A DNA stretch of 64,000 nt from Marsupella aquatica (taxonomy: Eukaryota; Plantae; Marchantiophyta). The notes under the pieces were generated by a model. The model did no database searches, was not told where the DNA came from, and saw only the letters and a list, made by a program, of their open reading frames with translations. The stretch's first letter is position 1, and the number at the start of each line of letters is the position of its first letter. Made by a program: the position numbers and the translations under genes. The stretch lies in NCBI GenBank assembly GCA_973895155.1, contig OZ316894.1, forward strand, positions 16,414,216 to 16,478,215. Reading direction: 5' to 3'. Of the stretch, positions 1 to 11,897 are shown piece after piece.

Positions 1-619
1 GGCCCTTGCATCTTGAATGGGTCAGATCCCCATACTGCTATCTGTTTCAGATCGTATTTTCAAGAATAATTATTGATTTAGTTGAAAGTTCACACGTTGG
101 CTTGGGGCCTCCAACTACCCCCTACTTTTGGCGGTTGAATATGTTTGGGACTTGGGAGGGTATTAAATTCATAAAATATTGTGCAGAGCATATTGAGTGT
201 ATCAGGCGCATTGGACAGGAAGAGCGAGCAACCATTCAGCCATTTGTGATGATAAGTTGTGGTCATGGACCTACTGTAGTATTTTAAAAAATTGTTTAGT
301 CCATCTGGATCCTCTGGTGGGGAAGCTTGGATGGATCTCCATCAAAGCCTTTGGATTTGAATGGGAATTCGAACCGATTTCAGAAAACTCTTTGCATGCA
401 AGTCAAGTTTTTCACTCCAAATTTATATCGTCCTGGTTGAAAAACAAGCTTGGATGCTATCTTCATCCAAACTTTGAAGTTAAATGGGGGCCCAAAATTT
501 ACATTACATGAAAGTCCAGCTTTTTAAATTCTAAAATCACATCATTTTAATGAAAATTTCCATGCAAGCTTAGGAATAGTGTCTGAGCATAAAGTTTGGG
601 ATGGAAATACCATAGAGAT

Positions 620-1405
620 TTTAGTTCTAAAGTTCCCATTGCACTTAGAGGCACTGTACACAGTTATCAGTAAATGCACTTATGGCATAGTGCAAACCCA
701 CTTTAAGTGCACACCAGATGCTTATTCCTGGGAGCGTGCTCTTGAGGGCAACTCTACAACATAACATGAACAAAGACACAGCTTCACTTACAGGATTACA
801 GAGGTCTGGATATGGTTTAATAGGCTATAACATTAATTTTCATGTCTGATACTCACTATCTGTTCGTTGAATCTATTGATGGGAAAAACTCAAGAATAGG
901 GGAAAACCTTACTATTTAAGTTCACCATTGACTTGTAGGAATTTATTGTTTTCTGCTTGCACCCCCACTTTTAGTTATGCCCAAGTGCCACCGGTAGAGG
1001 CATCACTCTGAACAGCAGGTCCTGAGAGTAGTTTTCGATTGCCATTCTATAAGTATAGATTTCTGTCCCCCAAAAGGGTATTTCCAAGCACATGAGAATA
1101 GCAACCCGGGTTAGAAATGCCTACCCACCTTCCTTGTCCCTCTCATGCACATTCCACATTTACTCACTGATGACGTAGTGCAAAAGCATGTTAAGTGCAC
1201 ACTCTTGGGATCAGGTGAGCACTTAGAGAGAGACTACTATAAACATACTCCATGTGTTTCCACTTAGTGACATAGCACAAACCGGTGTTAAGTGCACACT
1301 GCTGGGAAGAAGCATCTGGAGTACACTTAGAGAGAGGCGACTGTACACACCAGTGTTAAGTGCACACTCCGCAAGCGATGTGCACTTATAGAGGGACGAC
1401 TGTAC
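620..1405. repeat. GTGCAC/TGCACT-rich palindromic dispersed repeat (two clusters, ~620-745 and ~1160-1405)
   Basis: Recurrent AAGTGCACAC...G(T/A)GCACTTAGAGAGAG and TGCACT...AGTGCAAA motifs; the same motifs recur at 25860-26690 and 40320-40975. Boundaries are approximate. Confidence 0.65.
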
Positions 1406-4182
1406 CGGCATAACGTGAACGGACGGCGAAGATGCTGCTTCATGGAAAATTGCATCCGTCAGCACTTGAGGATTTTCCGTATCCACTTCCTTGCAGTGCG
1501 GGCGGGATATAGGGAGCTGCCCGGCGGCCTCCCCCCTGCGGTAAGAAGAGGAACTTACTGTACCGCGCCATTAATTGAATTCTACTGGTACCGGCCCCAC
1601 CGTACACACCAGTTGGGCTCGGGGCCCTCCGTGGCTCCGTCGGGCAGGGCGACTACGGTTGCGAGACTTGCGACACAACACATGGAGCAATTGGATAAGT
1701 GGGCAGGGCAGGTAAAGTGGTAGACCGGTTGGGAACCTCTTGATTGTAAATAAATGGACTCCATATTCGTGCTCTTTCCGAGGGAACCCACCTACTGCCC
1801 ACGGGCAGACAGCTACTGTACCTACTGCTGGGCATCCAAGTCTACGGAATAGCCCTGGACCGGGAGCGATCGTGTAAGCATGCCCCGTTCAGCACAATCA
1901 TTTCTGGTACAGCTGCAAAACCGTGTATTCATGTGTGTATGTATTCAAGATATAACAGACCAGATTTTGTTACATAAAAATAGCAAAACAAAACTTGAGT
2001 TTGTGTTTTTTACGAAACGACCTGGGTGGATCTCAAGGTTTGTTGATCTGCTTGGATGGACTTTTGGAATTAAAATATGACGTATCTATATACTGAATTT
2101 TTTGGGACAAGAAGTTTTGTGCTAGATACTACAAACATGTGAATCAAAATCTACAGGCATTGTGGACGATAATTTTAAAACTGGAGTTAATCTCGCATTA
2201 CATGTCAAAACTCAATTTAGCTACTGATTAGTTTTTCCACACCAAACCTCATTAGCACTATCTTGAAGCAAATAGAGGAGAGACCAAAAAAAATCTTGCA
2301 GAAAAAGGGACCCCCTTCTTTTTTCTGTTCATCCTTGCCTCTCCCTCCCCCAGTGCCCCACTCTCACTTTCAGTTATGCTCTCATATAGAATTATTATCC
2401 ACAGTCTTCACTCTAGACAATAGGTCCAGAAAAGAAAGTAACTTTTGATCGCACTTTATTAGTCAGATTTGCAAATATTTGAAGTGCCAGAAACAAGAGA
2501 TGGGGTTTGAAGATGTTCCCTGACTCCATTAGGCCCATTCTGTCCTCTTGATTTTTATAAGAGACAAAGTTCATCCAAAGTTTTGGGGTAATGTGTATCT
2601 GGGCTCCAACCTCCAACTTCCTTGTTGGCTGTTCCAGTTTGCGAATAATGAGTGATTTACAATTGCAATCAAGAGCTACACCATGGGCCTACTTTAGAGT
2701 CTCTAGAGAGTGACTCTTAGGACACTAAAGTGAGGGTGCAGACATGCAATAAGGGATGGGGCAACGATGAACGGGAAACAATAAGAACTGTTTTTTGCAA
2801 GGTCTTTCTCTGCCGCCATCTTTATTATAGTTCAAGGAATAGGAATCAGGCTAGTTATAGTTTGAGATAGCGGTCACTTTTCAATTACAGTCTGGGTCTC
2901 CTTACTGGATTCCCTTGGCAGTGTTACGCTCATGCTTATATCAACCCATAATAGGTGTGCTATTTTTTGGGCGTTTGCTGTGCTTCCATTTTGAAATAAC
3001 TTTCCTTTAAAAATTGATAAATTCCACATCCTCCTTTCTTGTCCAAGAAAATTGTAAATATTGTCCATAAAGTGCATAAATGCGTTTTTTTCCTGTACAT
3101 GTCCTCTTGGGATTTTGTCTTTTTAAGTTAGATTGTATGGAGTCCTTCAACTAACACCCAAAAACAAATCCTTGTCATCTCTGGGGGGATTTTATTTTAT
3201 ACATTCATGGAACCAAATAAAGATTCTATGAAGACACGTGTGATTTGCCCATGGCTGATGCGCCAATCATATTCGGTAAGAGACCGACGGCCGCGAGGGA
3301 TTCCTTACAGTCGAAGGATCTTCCTTTCGGCCCATCTGACTCATCAAGCCTGACCATGGGATACAGGGGATCCAACGGTGATCTCCTAGAGAGCTAGAGG
3401 AAAGCCTTTCTTTTTCTTGCCCGAAAGCTAAAGCTCCACGAACACCATTCGTCTAACTTAGATGTGTCATGGACTCATTATTCCCCTAGGGTATATCGAC
3501 CCACGAAGGTGGGCCCACCTCGAGTGGCTTATTTTGTTGGGATCTATTGGTCGCTATAATAAAAGGATCATAAAAGCGTTTCTTGCTTTGGATTAAAATA
3601 CATCAATGGTGAACAAATTGACATATTGGCACGTTTTTTAACTATCTGTCCGAGTTTGTAGCACGGATTATTAATTGCCCAATCGCTGGGAAAGGCTCAA
3701 TGAATGAAGGGGGCCACTTACACGGGGACACATGTTGATGCATCTCCCAAACACGAACACAGGGCCACTAAATTCACTCACCCTGCGTAATTCTCGGATG
3801 GATTTCTCCGTGAACCTTGCTACACGGATGGACATCTCCCATGAACAAATGCCTAGAAACGGTGTTACCTGTTGAAATAGGCTGTGTGTCTGCTCGATTT
3901 CAATGACACAGGCCTAAACCTCAGTATCCGCTCGATCTCAATCTATTATAGAAAAAATATTATAGAATAATATTTATGTTTCATTCCATATTAAAATAGA
4001 AAATGATGTTCCTATGGAACACAATGTTGGCCTTTGAAAATTGAAAGTCGATGGAACACATTTATCAAAATTTGAGTTTAATTGTAATAATTTAATGTTC
4101 ATAAATTCAAATATTTTTCAATTTGAGGATGTGCTGGAGGGGTAGGTAAGTTACATTTCCATCAAAATGACAATGTTATTTT

Positions 4183-4332
4183 TGTTATAAGTTAAAGTTA
4201 ACCCTAGATAAACAGGTTAAGGAGTAGTTACATAACTACCTCCATATAACCACACATCTGTACAAAACACTTACATTATTATGAATGTTGGAGGTTGGAG
4301 TAAGTTCTGGCTATGGTGTCCTCAATCTAACA
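4183..4332 (+). repeat. 5' LTR of copia element 1 (150 bp)
   Basis: TGTTATAAG...CTAACA; direct repeat of 9937-10086. Confidence 0.95.
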
Positions 4333-4345
4333 CGTTATCAGCACG
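4333..4345 (+). other. Primer-binding site complementary to the anticodon arm (5' half) of tRNA-Ile(AAU/IAU)
   Basis: CGTTATCAGCACG directly abuts the LTR. It is the reverse complement of the plant tRNA-Ile segment CGTGCT-AAT-AACG, with C opposite the wobble base. Confidence 0.8.
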
Positions 4346-4658
4346 TCTCTTTTTATTGAACGGCCACACAAGCATGAGAGAGGAGAACTTATCGACAATC
4401 TTTCCCTTTTTCAATCAATAGGATCCTAGCCCAATACAAAAGCCCAAATTGAATTTCTGAATCCTCCAAAGATCGCATACTGCTCGGTGCTCACTACCTC
4501 CCAAATTTAGGAAGAATTGCGAGGCGGGAACCATTTTCCTAGAAGGACACGGCTTGGATATCTACAAATTTCAAATCAACAGTATCCCACACACAATTCC
4601 CTTTACAAGGATAAGAAGGAAATCCTTACGGGCTGACAAGAGAAGCGGTTACACAACA

Positions 4659-7600
4659 ATGGCGCTAGAAAAGCTCAGCTTCCGAGAATTGGCAATTGAT
4701 GGATCAAATTATTTATCTTGGTCTCTCGATATAGAGGCGCACCTCGCAGCGAAAGACCTCCCAGACACAATAATTACAGATCAAGGACCTACGCTACGAG
4801 AAAAAGCAAAGGCCCTCGTTTTCATAAGGCACCATCTAGCAGATGCTCTGAAAACTCAATACTTAAATGAGTACAATCCGAGAATATTATGGGACGAATT
4901 GAAACTTCGATTCGATCACATGCGGCTCATCTCATTACCAGCAGCGAGACACGACTGGATCAACCTCAGGGTGCAAGACCACGAGACCGTCGCAGAGTAC
5001 AATAACAAATTATTCCGCATAGCCTCACAACTCACGATCTATGGGAACCCGGTCGATGATGCAGAGCAGATCGAGAAGACCCTATCAACATTCCATGCAA
5101 CTAACTTAGTATTATCTGCCCAATACAGAAATATGGCATTCACTAGATACTCCCAATTAATTGCACACATGTTATTAGCAGAGAAGCATCAACTACTACT
5201 CCTGGAGAATTCGAAGGCAAGGCCCCCAGGTACCCTCCCACCTATAACCAAACCTGAATCACAATACAATAGCAGAAATCAAAGGGGAAGAGGATTCAGG
5301 GGGAGGGGTACCTTCAGGGGGAGGAGCGGAAACTATGCAGGCAGAGGTCGAAGCCAATTTGCAAGAGGAAGGGGCACGGGATGCATGAACCCCGAAAATA
5401 ATCAAACAAAGTGGCAGGGTCCAAGCAGTGATTGTGGCAGAGGGCGGAGTCGACCCAACAATAACAATATATCAGATAAGAGGAACAACCCTCCCGAATG
5501 TTTCAGATGCGGCACACTAGGACATACGAGAAATGAATGTAGGGCGCCCTTGCATCTAGTTAAACTTTATCAGAACAGCATAAACTACCCTATAAGAGAA
5601 CCCCAAGGAAATTTTTTGGAATTACCACAAGACCTCACCCAATACATTACTGAACCAGCCTCACCCGAAATACACGCAATTATTTATGGAATAGAGAGGC
5701 CAAACTTAGCAGACCCAACAACCTGCATAATAGACAGCGGCACCTCACATACCATCTTAAAAGATAGAAAATACTCCACTAGCATCATACCATCATCCAG
5801 AACTATTACTACGATCTCCGGACAAAAACAGATTGAACATGGCCATGGTAAGGCTGCCGTAATATTCCCAAGAAGGACAGTGATCCACATAGAATCTACG
5901 ATATACGCCCCCACAGCCACAAGAAACCTGATTAGTTTTCAGGACATCAGGGCAAACGACTTACATATCCACACAAATATACACAAGAACAGAGAAGTAC
6001 TATACATTCTCAAGCAGACCGAAAAGGGACTATAGATCCGAGAAATACTCTCAGCAGAACCCCCAAGACTATATGTGACCCAAATACAGTCACACTATGC
6101 CGAAGATAAACAAGAGAGTATTGCCATTACATGGCATAATCGGTTGGGACATCCCGGCACAAACATGTACCATAAATTCTTTAAAGATTCAGGGGGCATA
6201 CCACAAGCAGCTAAAATACCTCCCAAACGAGAACCCTGCAGAGCATGCTCGTAGGGTAAGCTAATCACCCGCCCAGCAATTACCAAATCGGTGTATACTA
6301 TCCCCAAATTCCTGGAGCAACTCAATGCAGATGTCTGTGGCCCCATTGACCCACCTAGTGGACCATTCAGGTTCTTCTTGGTTCTGATCGACTCATCGTC
6401 CAAGTGGTCCCAAGTCTCCCTACTATCAACGAGAAACCTAGTATTCTCAAGAATCCTAGTGAACATACTTAAGTTAAGAGCTCAGTTCCCTGAAAACCCA
6501 ATACGTATCATACGAGTCGATGGAGCAGGAGAATTTACTTCCAAGACATTTAATGACTTCTGCATTACCGCTGGAATAGAAGCCCAATACTCTGTCCCGT
6601 ATGTACACTTCCAAAATGGGATAGCCGAGTCAGTGATTAAAAGATTACAGATGATTGCACGCCCATTATTAATGCAAACCAAACTCCCAGCTACAGCCTG
6701 GGGACATGCCATACTACACGTTGCGTCCCTACTACAGTATAGACCTTCATCTTTCAACTCATTGTCCCCACACCACCTAGCATACGGCCTACCCCCGAAC
6801 CTCACCCACCTGAAAACATTTGGATGCCAGGTGCTAGTACCAATCTTGGGCCCTAAACGCACAAAATTGGGCCCCCAGAGGCAAGTAGGAATCTATGTCG
6901 GTTTTGATTCTCCATCCATTATAAGATTCCTAGAACCTACTAACGGGGACGTTTATAAAGCCAGATTTCAGGACTGTCACTTCTTCGAGAACATATACCC
7001 AAAACTGACAACCGGAAAACCAGAAGACACGTCTGCAGCACCTCAGTTACTATGGAAAACTAAGGACATACTCCTAAATGACCCAAGAACGAGACAAGCA
7101 GATGAAGAAGTCAGACGAGTCTTACATTTAAACCAAATATTGAACACATTACCAGATGCGTTCAATGATGCCGTTGCAGTAACCCGCTCTCACATAGAGG
7201 CCGCAAATGTACCTGCACGTATTAAACCCATGCAAATTGAAGTAGCTGAGGTACCACCTAAAGCTAAGCAAGGCCGACCCCTAGGATCTAGAGATACTCG
7301 CCCTAGATAGAAACAGAATACAACACCCATGACTACACCACCTATAGACAACATCAGCGAAGAACCCAATACGAATCCACCACAGGACAACGAGGAAATA
7401 TCAATACAGTATATGCATACAGGACAAGTGTGGCAGAGAGCACAGACTACAGTAAATGAACAATTCACTTTCCTCATTGCACAGGAAATTACTAACGATA
7501 CTCCTGATCCACAGACGGTCCAGGAAGCTCAAAACAGAGAAGATTGGCCACTCTGGCAGGAGGCAATAAACTCAGAGCTTGACTCACTAATTAAGCGACA

Positions 7601-9390
7601 TGTATCTGGCCCGATCCTACCAGCTCCATCAGATAGGAGCCTAACTGGATATAAATTTACCTTTGTGCGAAAAAGGAACGCGAAAGGAGAAGTGATACGA
7701 TACAAAGCTAGACTCGTGGCAAAAGGATACACTCAGATTTATGGTCGAGATTACGACCTCACGTACTCACCTGTTATGGATGCAATCACATACCGCTATA
7801 TGATAGCCTTTGCTATATTCCATAAGCTAATAATGCACCTGATGGACTTGTAGCGGCATATCTGTACGGCATTATGGACACAAAAATATATATGCAAGCA
7901 CCCCCTGAATTAATTACCAGAGTCAAGTTCCATATTCAGGGGGAGAAAAGCACCATACTACATCCGGATCTACAATCAGGCATTAAACAAATCACCGATA
8001 AGCCAAAAATGGACCTACAGTCCAAAACACCCATGGGATAAAATATCAAACTAACCAGCCTACTGCTGAGTTAGGAGTGAAGGATGCTCCTTTCGAGCCC
8101 TTGCAATGGTACCAGCGCAACCAGGGAATCCCATTCCCAAACGAAGGTGGACTTCTTCTACCTCAACATGCCAACACGCAAAGAAAGCAGAAAACAACAA
8201 AGCCAGCATATGCAGTACAAGTGATGAGATCCATAAACGGCCTGAAACAAAGCGGCCGCATCTGGTACAAACGCTTTCGCGATGAAATGTTGGCCTTACA
8301 ATTTACAAATGCAGAAATAGCACCCTGTCTATTTCTTAAACATGTTGGCACAGAATTTGTGATACTAGCAATTTATGTTGATGATATCAATATCTTCGGA
8401 ACTAAGCAGCTAACAACACAGACAATCGCAACACTTAAGAGAGTCTTCGAAATGAAAGACATTGGAGTCCCGAGTTACTGCCTCGGCATCGAGTTTAATC
8501 ATCTGGAGGAAGGTATCCTTATCAACCAATCTACATATACACAGAAAATTCTCAAACAGTTTAATATGCACAACTCATACCCGGTTAGCACTCCAATGGA
8601 CTTACGTTCACTTGACCCAGCACGAGACATGTTTAGAAAGCACCAGGAACACGAACAAGTGCTGGGACCCGAGAAACCATACCTTTCAGCAATTGGGGCC
8701 CTCCTCTACTTAGAGAACCAAACGCGACCTGACATCAGTTTTGCAGTCAGCCTCCTTGCAAGACATGGATCACAACCCACAATAAGGCATTGGAACGGAG
8801 TGAAAAGAGTTTTCCGCTACTTACAAGGGACAGCCGATATGGGATTATACTTCCCCAAGAACGCGACCCCAACCTTAATTGGATTTGCAGATGCCGGATA
8901 CTTGTCTGACCCAGACGATGCGAAGTCCCAGACCGGATATGTCTTCCTACAAGGGGCAACAGCGATTTCATGGAAGAGCACGAAACAATCATTGACAGCT
9001 ACATCATCGAACCATTCGGAAATCATCGCACTCTATGAAGCTACAAGAGAATGCGTGTGGCTCAGAAGCTTAATCGACCACATCAACCAGAGCACAGGCA
9101 AACCACCACTGACAGAACCTACCATTCTTTACGAAGACAATCGACCATGCGTGGACCAGATTGCGCAAGGCTTCATCAAAGGGGACTGGATAAAACATAT
9201 TGCCCCAAAACTATTCTACGCACATGAACAACACGGAGATAAGATACAAGTTCAATGGATATCAACGAAAGAAAACAGGGCCGACCTCTTTACGAAACCC
9301 TTACCTCCCGCCCTCCATAAAGCTCATACATTTGGCAATGGAATGCGACAGTTAAAAGATCTATTACGCCAAGACGCAGCACAGAACTAA
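4659..9390 (+). pseudogene. Disrupted copia gag-pol polyprotein (gag zinc knuckle, protease, integrase, RT, RNase H)
   Basis: Motifs: CFRCGTLGHTRNEC knuckle, IIDSGTSH protease, WHNRLGHP...C..C, integrase D..D..E (ADVCGP, RVDGAGEF, NGIAE), RT YVDD, RNaseH FADAGY. In-frame TAG at 6033, 6252 and 7308; frameshifts near 7848 and 8000-8040. Confidence 0.92.
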
Positions 9391-9927
9391 GACAGAAGAT
9401 GAAAGCACTTACCTTTTTTTCTGCCAAAATGAGCTTGAACGAGTCCACACCATCACAACCTAACCAAGAAGCCATGCCGATGACCACCATCATACTCGAC
9501 AAGAAACATAATCGATACAGAACAACACGCGTGACCTTCATAGAACACATCGACTTTTTCTTTAAGAAAAATCCTTCGACATGGAGAGCGACTTCATCGG
9601 AAACACTACGACCCCGATCCCGCTCAGCTGAAGCTTACACCCCCGGCTTACTTACCATTCGTATTACTTAAACTACGTAACTTAGACAGTTAACAGAAGG
9701 CTACTCCTCTGGATTAACATTACACATATACATTTTAGACACGTAAAACTCTGATTAAACTTTAATTTTCTTTAGTTTGTCCCACATCATGTAATGGCTG
9801 TGGCACTCTTTCCCTTATGTCAGAAGAAGGGTTTTGATGAGACCAAACCAACAAAAGATGGGACCTACTACGGGTTAAACTTCCTTTTTAGTGTGGTTGA
9901 TTTTTTTTTACTATACTTAAATCAACC

Positions 9928-9936
9928 AAGGGGGAG
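9928..9936 (+). other. Polypurine tract of copia element 1
   Basis: AAGGGGGAG immediately before the 3' LTR. Confidence 0.9.
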
Positions 9937-10086
9937 TGTTATAAGTTGAAGTTAACCCTAGATAAACAGGTTAAGGAGTAGTTACATAACTACCTCCATA
10001 TAACCACACATCTGTACAAAACACTTACATTATTATGAATGTTGGAGGTTGGAGTAAGTTCTGGCTATGGTGTCCTGAATCTAACA
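9937..10086 (+). repeat. 3' LTR of copia element 1 (150 bp)
   Basis: Direct repeat of 4183-4332 with 2 substitutions, followed by TSD ATTTT. Confidence 0.95.
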
Positions 10087-10984
10087 ATTTTGGCCATTTT
10101 GATTGAATTATTCATTATGGAATGTGGAGGACTAAATTTTAGTAGATCAATTTTCATTGCATTAATATGAAATATTAGGGCTTGTGTTTTTTTGGTGTCC
10201 TCCTTCTCTAGTTGCCTTGCGGGTGAAGAACAAAAAATATTTGAAGACTCGTAATCATCAAATTATAAATCCAAAACTCCCATGGACCACCAAAATGTGG
10301 CTCACCAGAGAATTGTGTCCAACCTGGTGGTCCATCGGGGCTTCAGTTTCCATAAAAATATGATAATATAAAGATATCAGTTGAAGTGGGCTCTGTATTT
10401 GCTTGATTTCAATGAATTAGACCGAAACATTTGTATGTGCTCGATCTAGATGACACACAGAGAATATATAATCAAAAACCCCATAATTGCACATCAAATA
10501 TGATAATATAAAATATACTACAAATAACATTTAGTGATTTAAACAAGATAATTAGATTTATAATGGTAAAGTCACATTTAATGCACAGAAGTCATTCACT
10601 TTGAATGACAGTACCAAGGCTGATTATTGAGCCTCGCACACTCCATGTGTGTGGCCCTCCCGTTTGCTGCCTGCAAAAAGATGCAAAAAGAGGTGATTGC
10701 ATTTTTTCCGTCCAAGGTGGTGCATGAACCCCACTTTTGGGTGCGTGCCCAGAAGGGTTCACACTCCATACCTGTTGGGCCCAACTCTACTGAGCCAACA
10801 TTTGTTGCACAAAGATGGAGACTCATTTTTTGTAATTATATCAGTGCCATGGTGGCGGGTAGTGGGTAAGTGAAGCTGCTATATGGGGAATGCACCTTTC
10901 AAATTTTGTCCTATTAAGATTTTTTTGTCATGTATTCTTATTCAAATATCCCTTATCAAGGGGCATCCTTTGTACCATATAGAT

Positions 10985-11450
10985 TCTTAATTTAATTTTT
11001 GGACCCCTTTAATTTTGGTATCCTAGAGAATTTTGAACTTATTTTGGCAGCCCTCATAATTTTTAATCTTGTTATCTGCTAGATTTCAAGTGTGTGAAAC
11101 CAATGGCTTTAATTTCTACCACTTGAACAAAGTTTTGAATTCTTCTCAAGAGTGAGAGAAATGTTTCTAATAATATGAACACATCATGTCTTAAGTTCAC
11201 TTCATGGTTTGAAGTATTTTCATGAGTGAGAGAAATGTTTCTAAATAAGATGAACTCAGGTGTGTCTTAAGTTCTATTCATGACTTTCTTTTCTTAAGTT
11301 TATGGTTTTTATGAAATTGGGTGTCATTAATAAGGCACATTGAATTTAATAAGTGCACTAATAATAGTACCTTTGTGTCATAGAATTTGAGTGTACTCTT
11401 AACTGGTCATTCTCTATGTGCTCTTTTTTGCATGTGCTCTATTTCTATTA
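10985..11450. repeat. AT-rich dispersed repeat, diverged homolog of ~56745-57150
   Basis: Shared collinear motifs: TTAATTTTT.GACCCCT.TAATTTT, TAGAG.ATTTTGAA, CCCTCATAA and GAGTGAG.GAAATG. Boundaries are approximate. Confidence 0.55.
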
Positions 11451-11683
11451 TTTTATTTCAGTCACATTTAATATGTATTCTAGTTTTACTCTCCTATTTT
11501 ATACACTTACACATCAATACACAAAATGAAGCCCCAATAGACCCCTAGGTTTGTCAAAATGCTCTCATATATTTTTGCAACTCGGCTAAATGTATTATAC
11601 TCACAATGTGACAGGGTATTTTCTTAATTGGTCCATCCCAATTGTATGGTTTCTGTCTATGCTCCATTTGAGCATCATACATG

Positions 11684-11897
11684 TTCCAGAATGAGCATGC
11701 TATATGGACAACACTCCGTATCTTCCAGGGTGAGCATGCTATATGGACAACACTCTGTATCTTCCAGGGTGAGCATGCTATATGGGCAGCCATTAGTCTC
11801 TTCCAGGATGAACATGCTATATGTGCAACAATTCATATAGGGCACCAATTCCTACCTTCCCTGATGAGCATGCTATATGGGCAAAGATTCATACAGG
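11684..11897. repeat. 39-bp tandem minisatellite, ~5 copies
   Basis: Unit TTCCAGGGTGAGCATGCTATATGGACAACACTCCGTATC at 11684, 11723, 11762 and 11801, plus a degenerate copy at ~11857. Confidence 0.9.

Larger units (their letters stand above)
4183..10086 (+). mobile_element. Full-length Ty1/copia LTR retrotransposon, Bianca-like
   Basis: Two 150-bp TG...CA LTRs with 2 mismatches; 5-bp TSD ATTTT (4178-4182 and 10087-10091); PBS and PPT present; gag-PR-INT-RT-RNaseH order. The gag start (KLSFRELAIDGSNYLSWSLDIEAHL), RT GLKQSGRIWY and RNaseH KHIAPKLFYAHE resemble the Bianca lineage. Confidence 0.95.

Noticed and set aside
11684-11897. CRISPR-like look of the 39-bp repeat (and of the 84-bp and 176-bp arrays)
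   Set aside because: The intervening parts are homologous to each other rather than unique spacers, there are no cas genes, and the context is eukaryotic.
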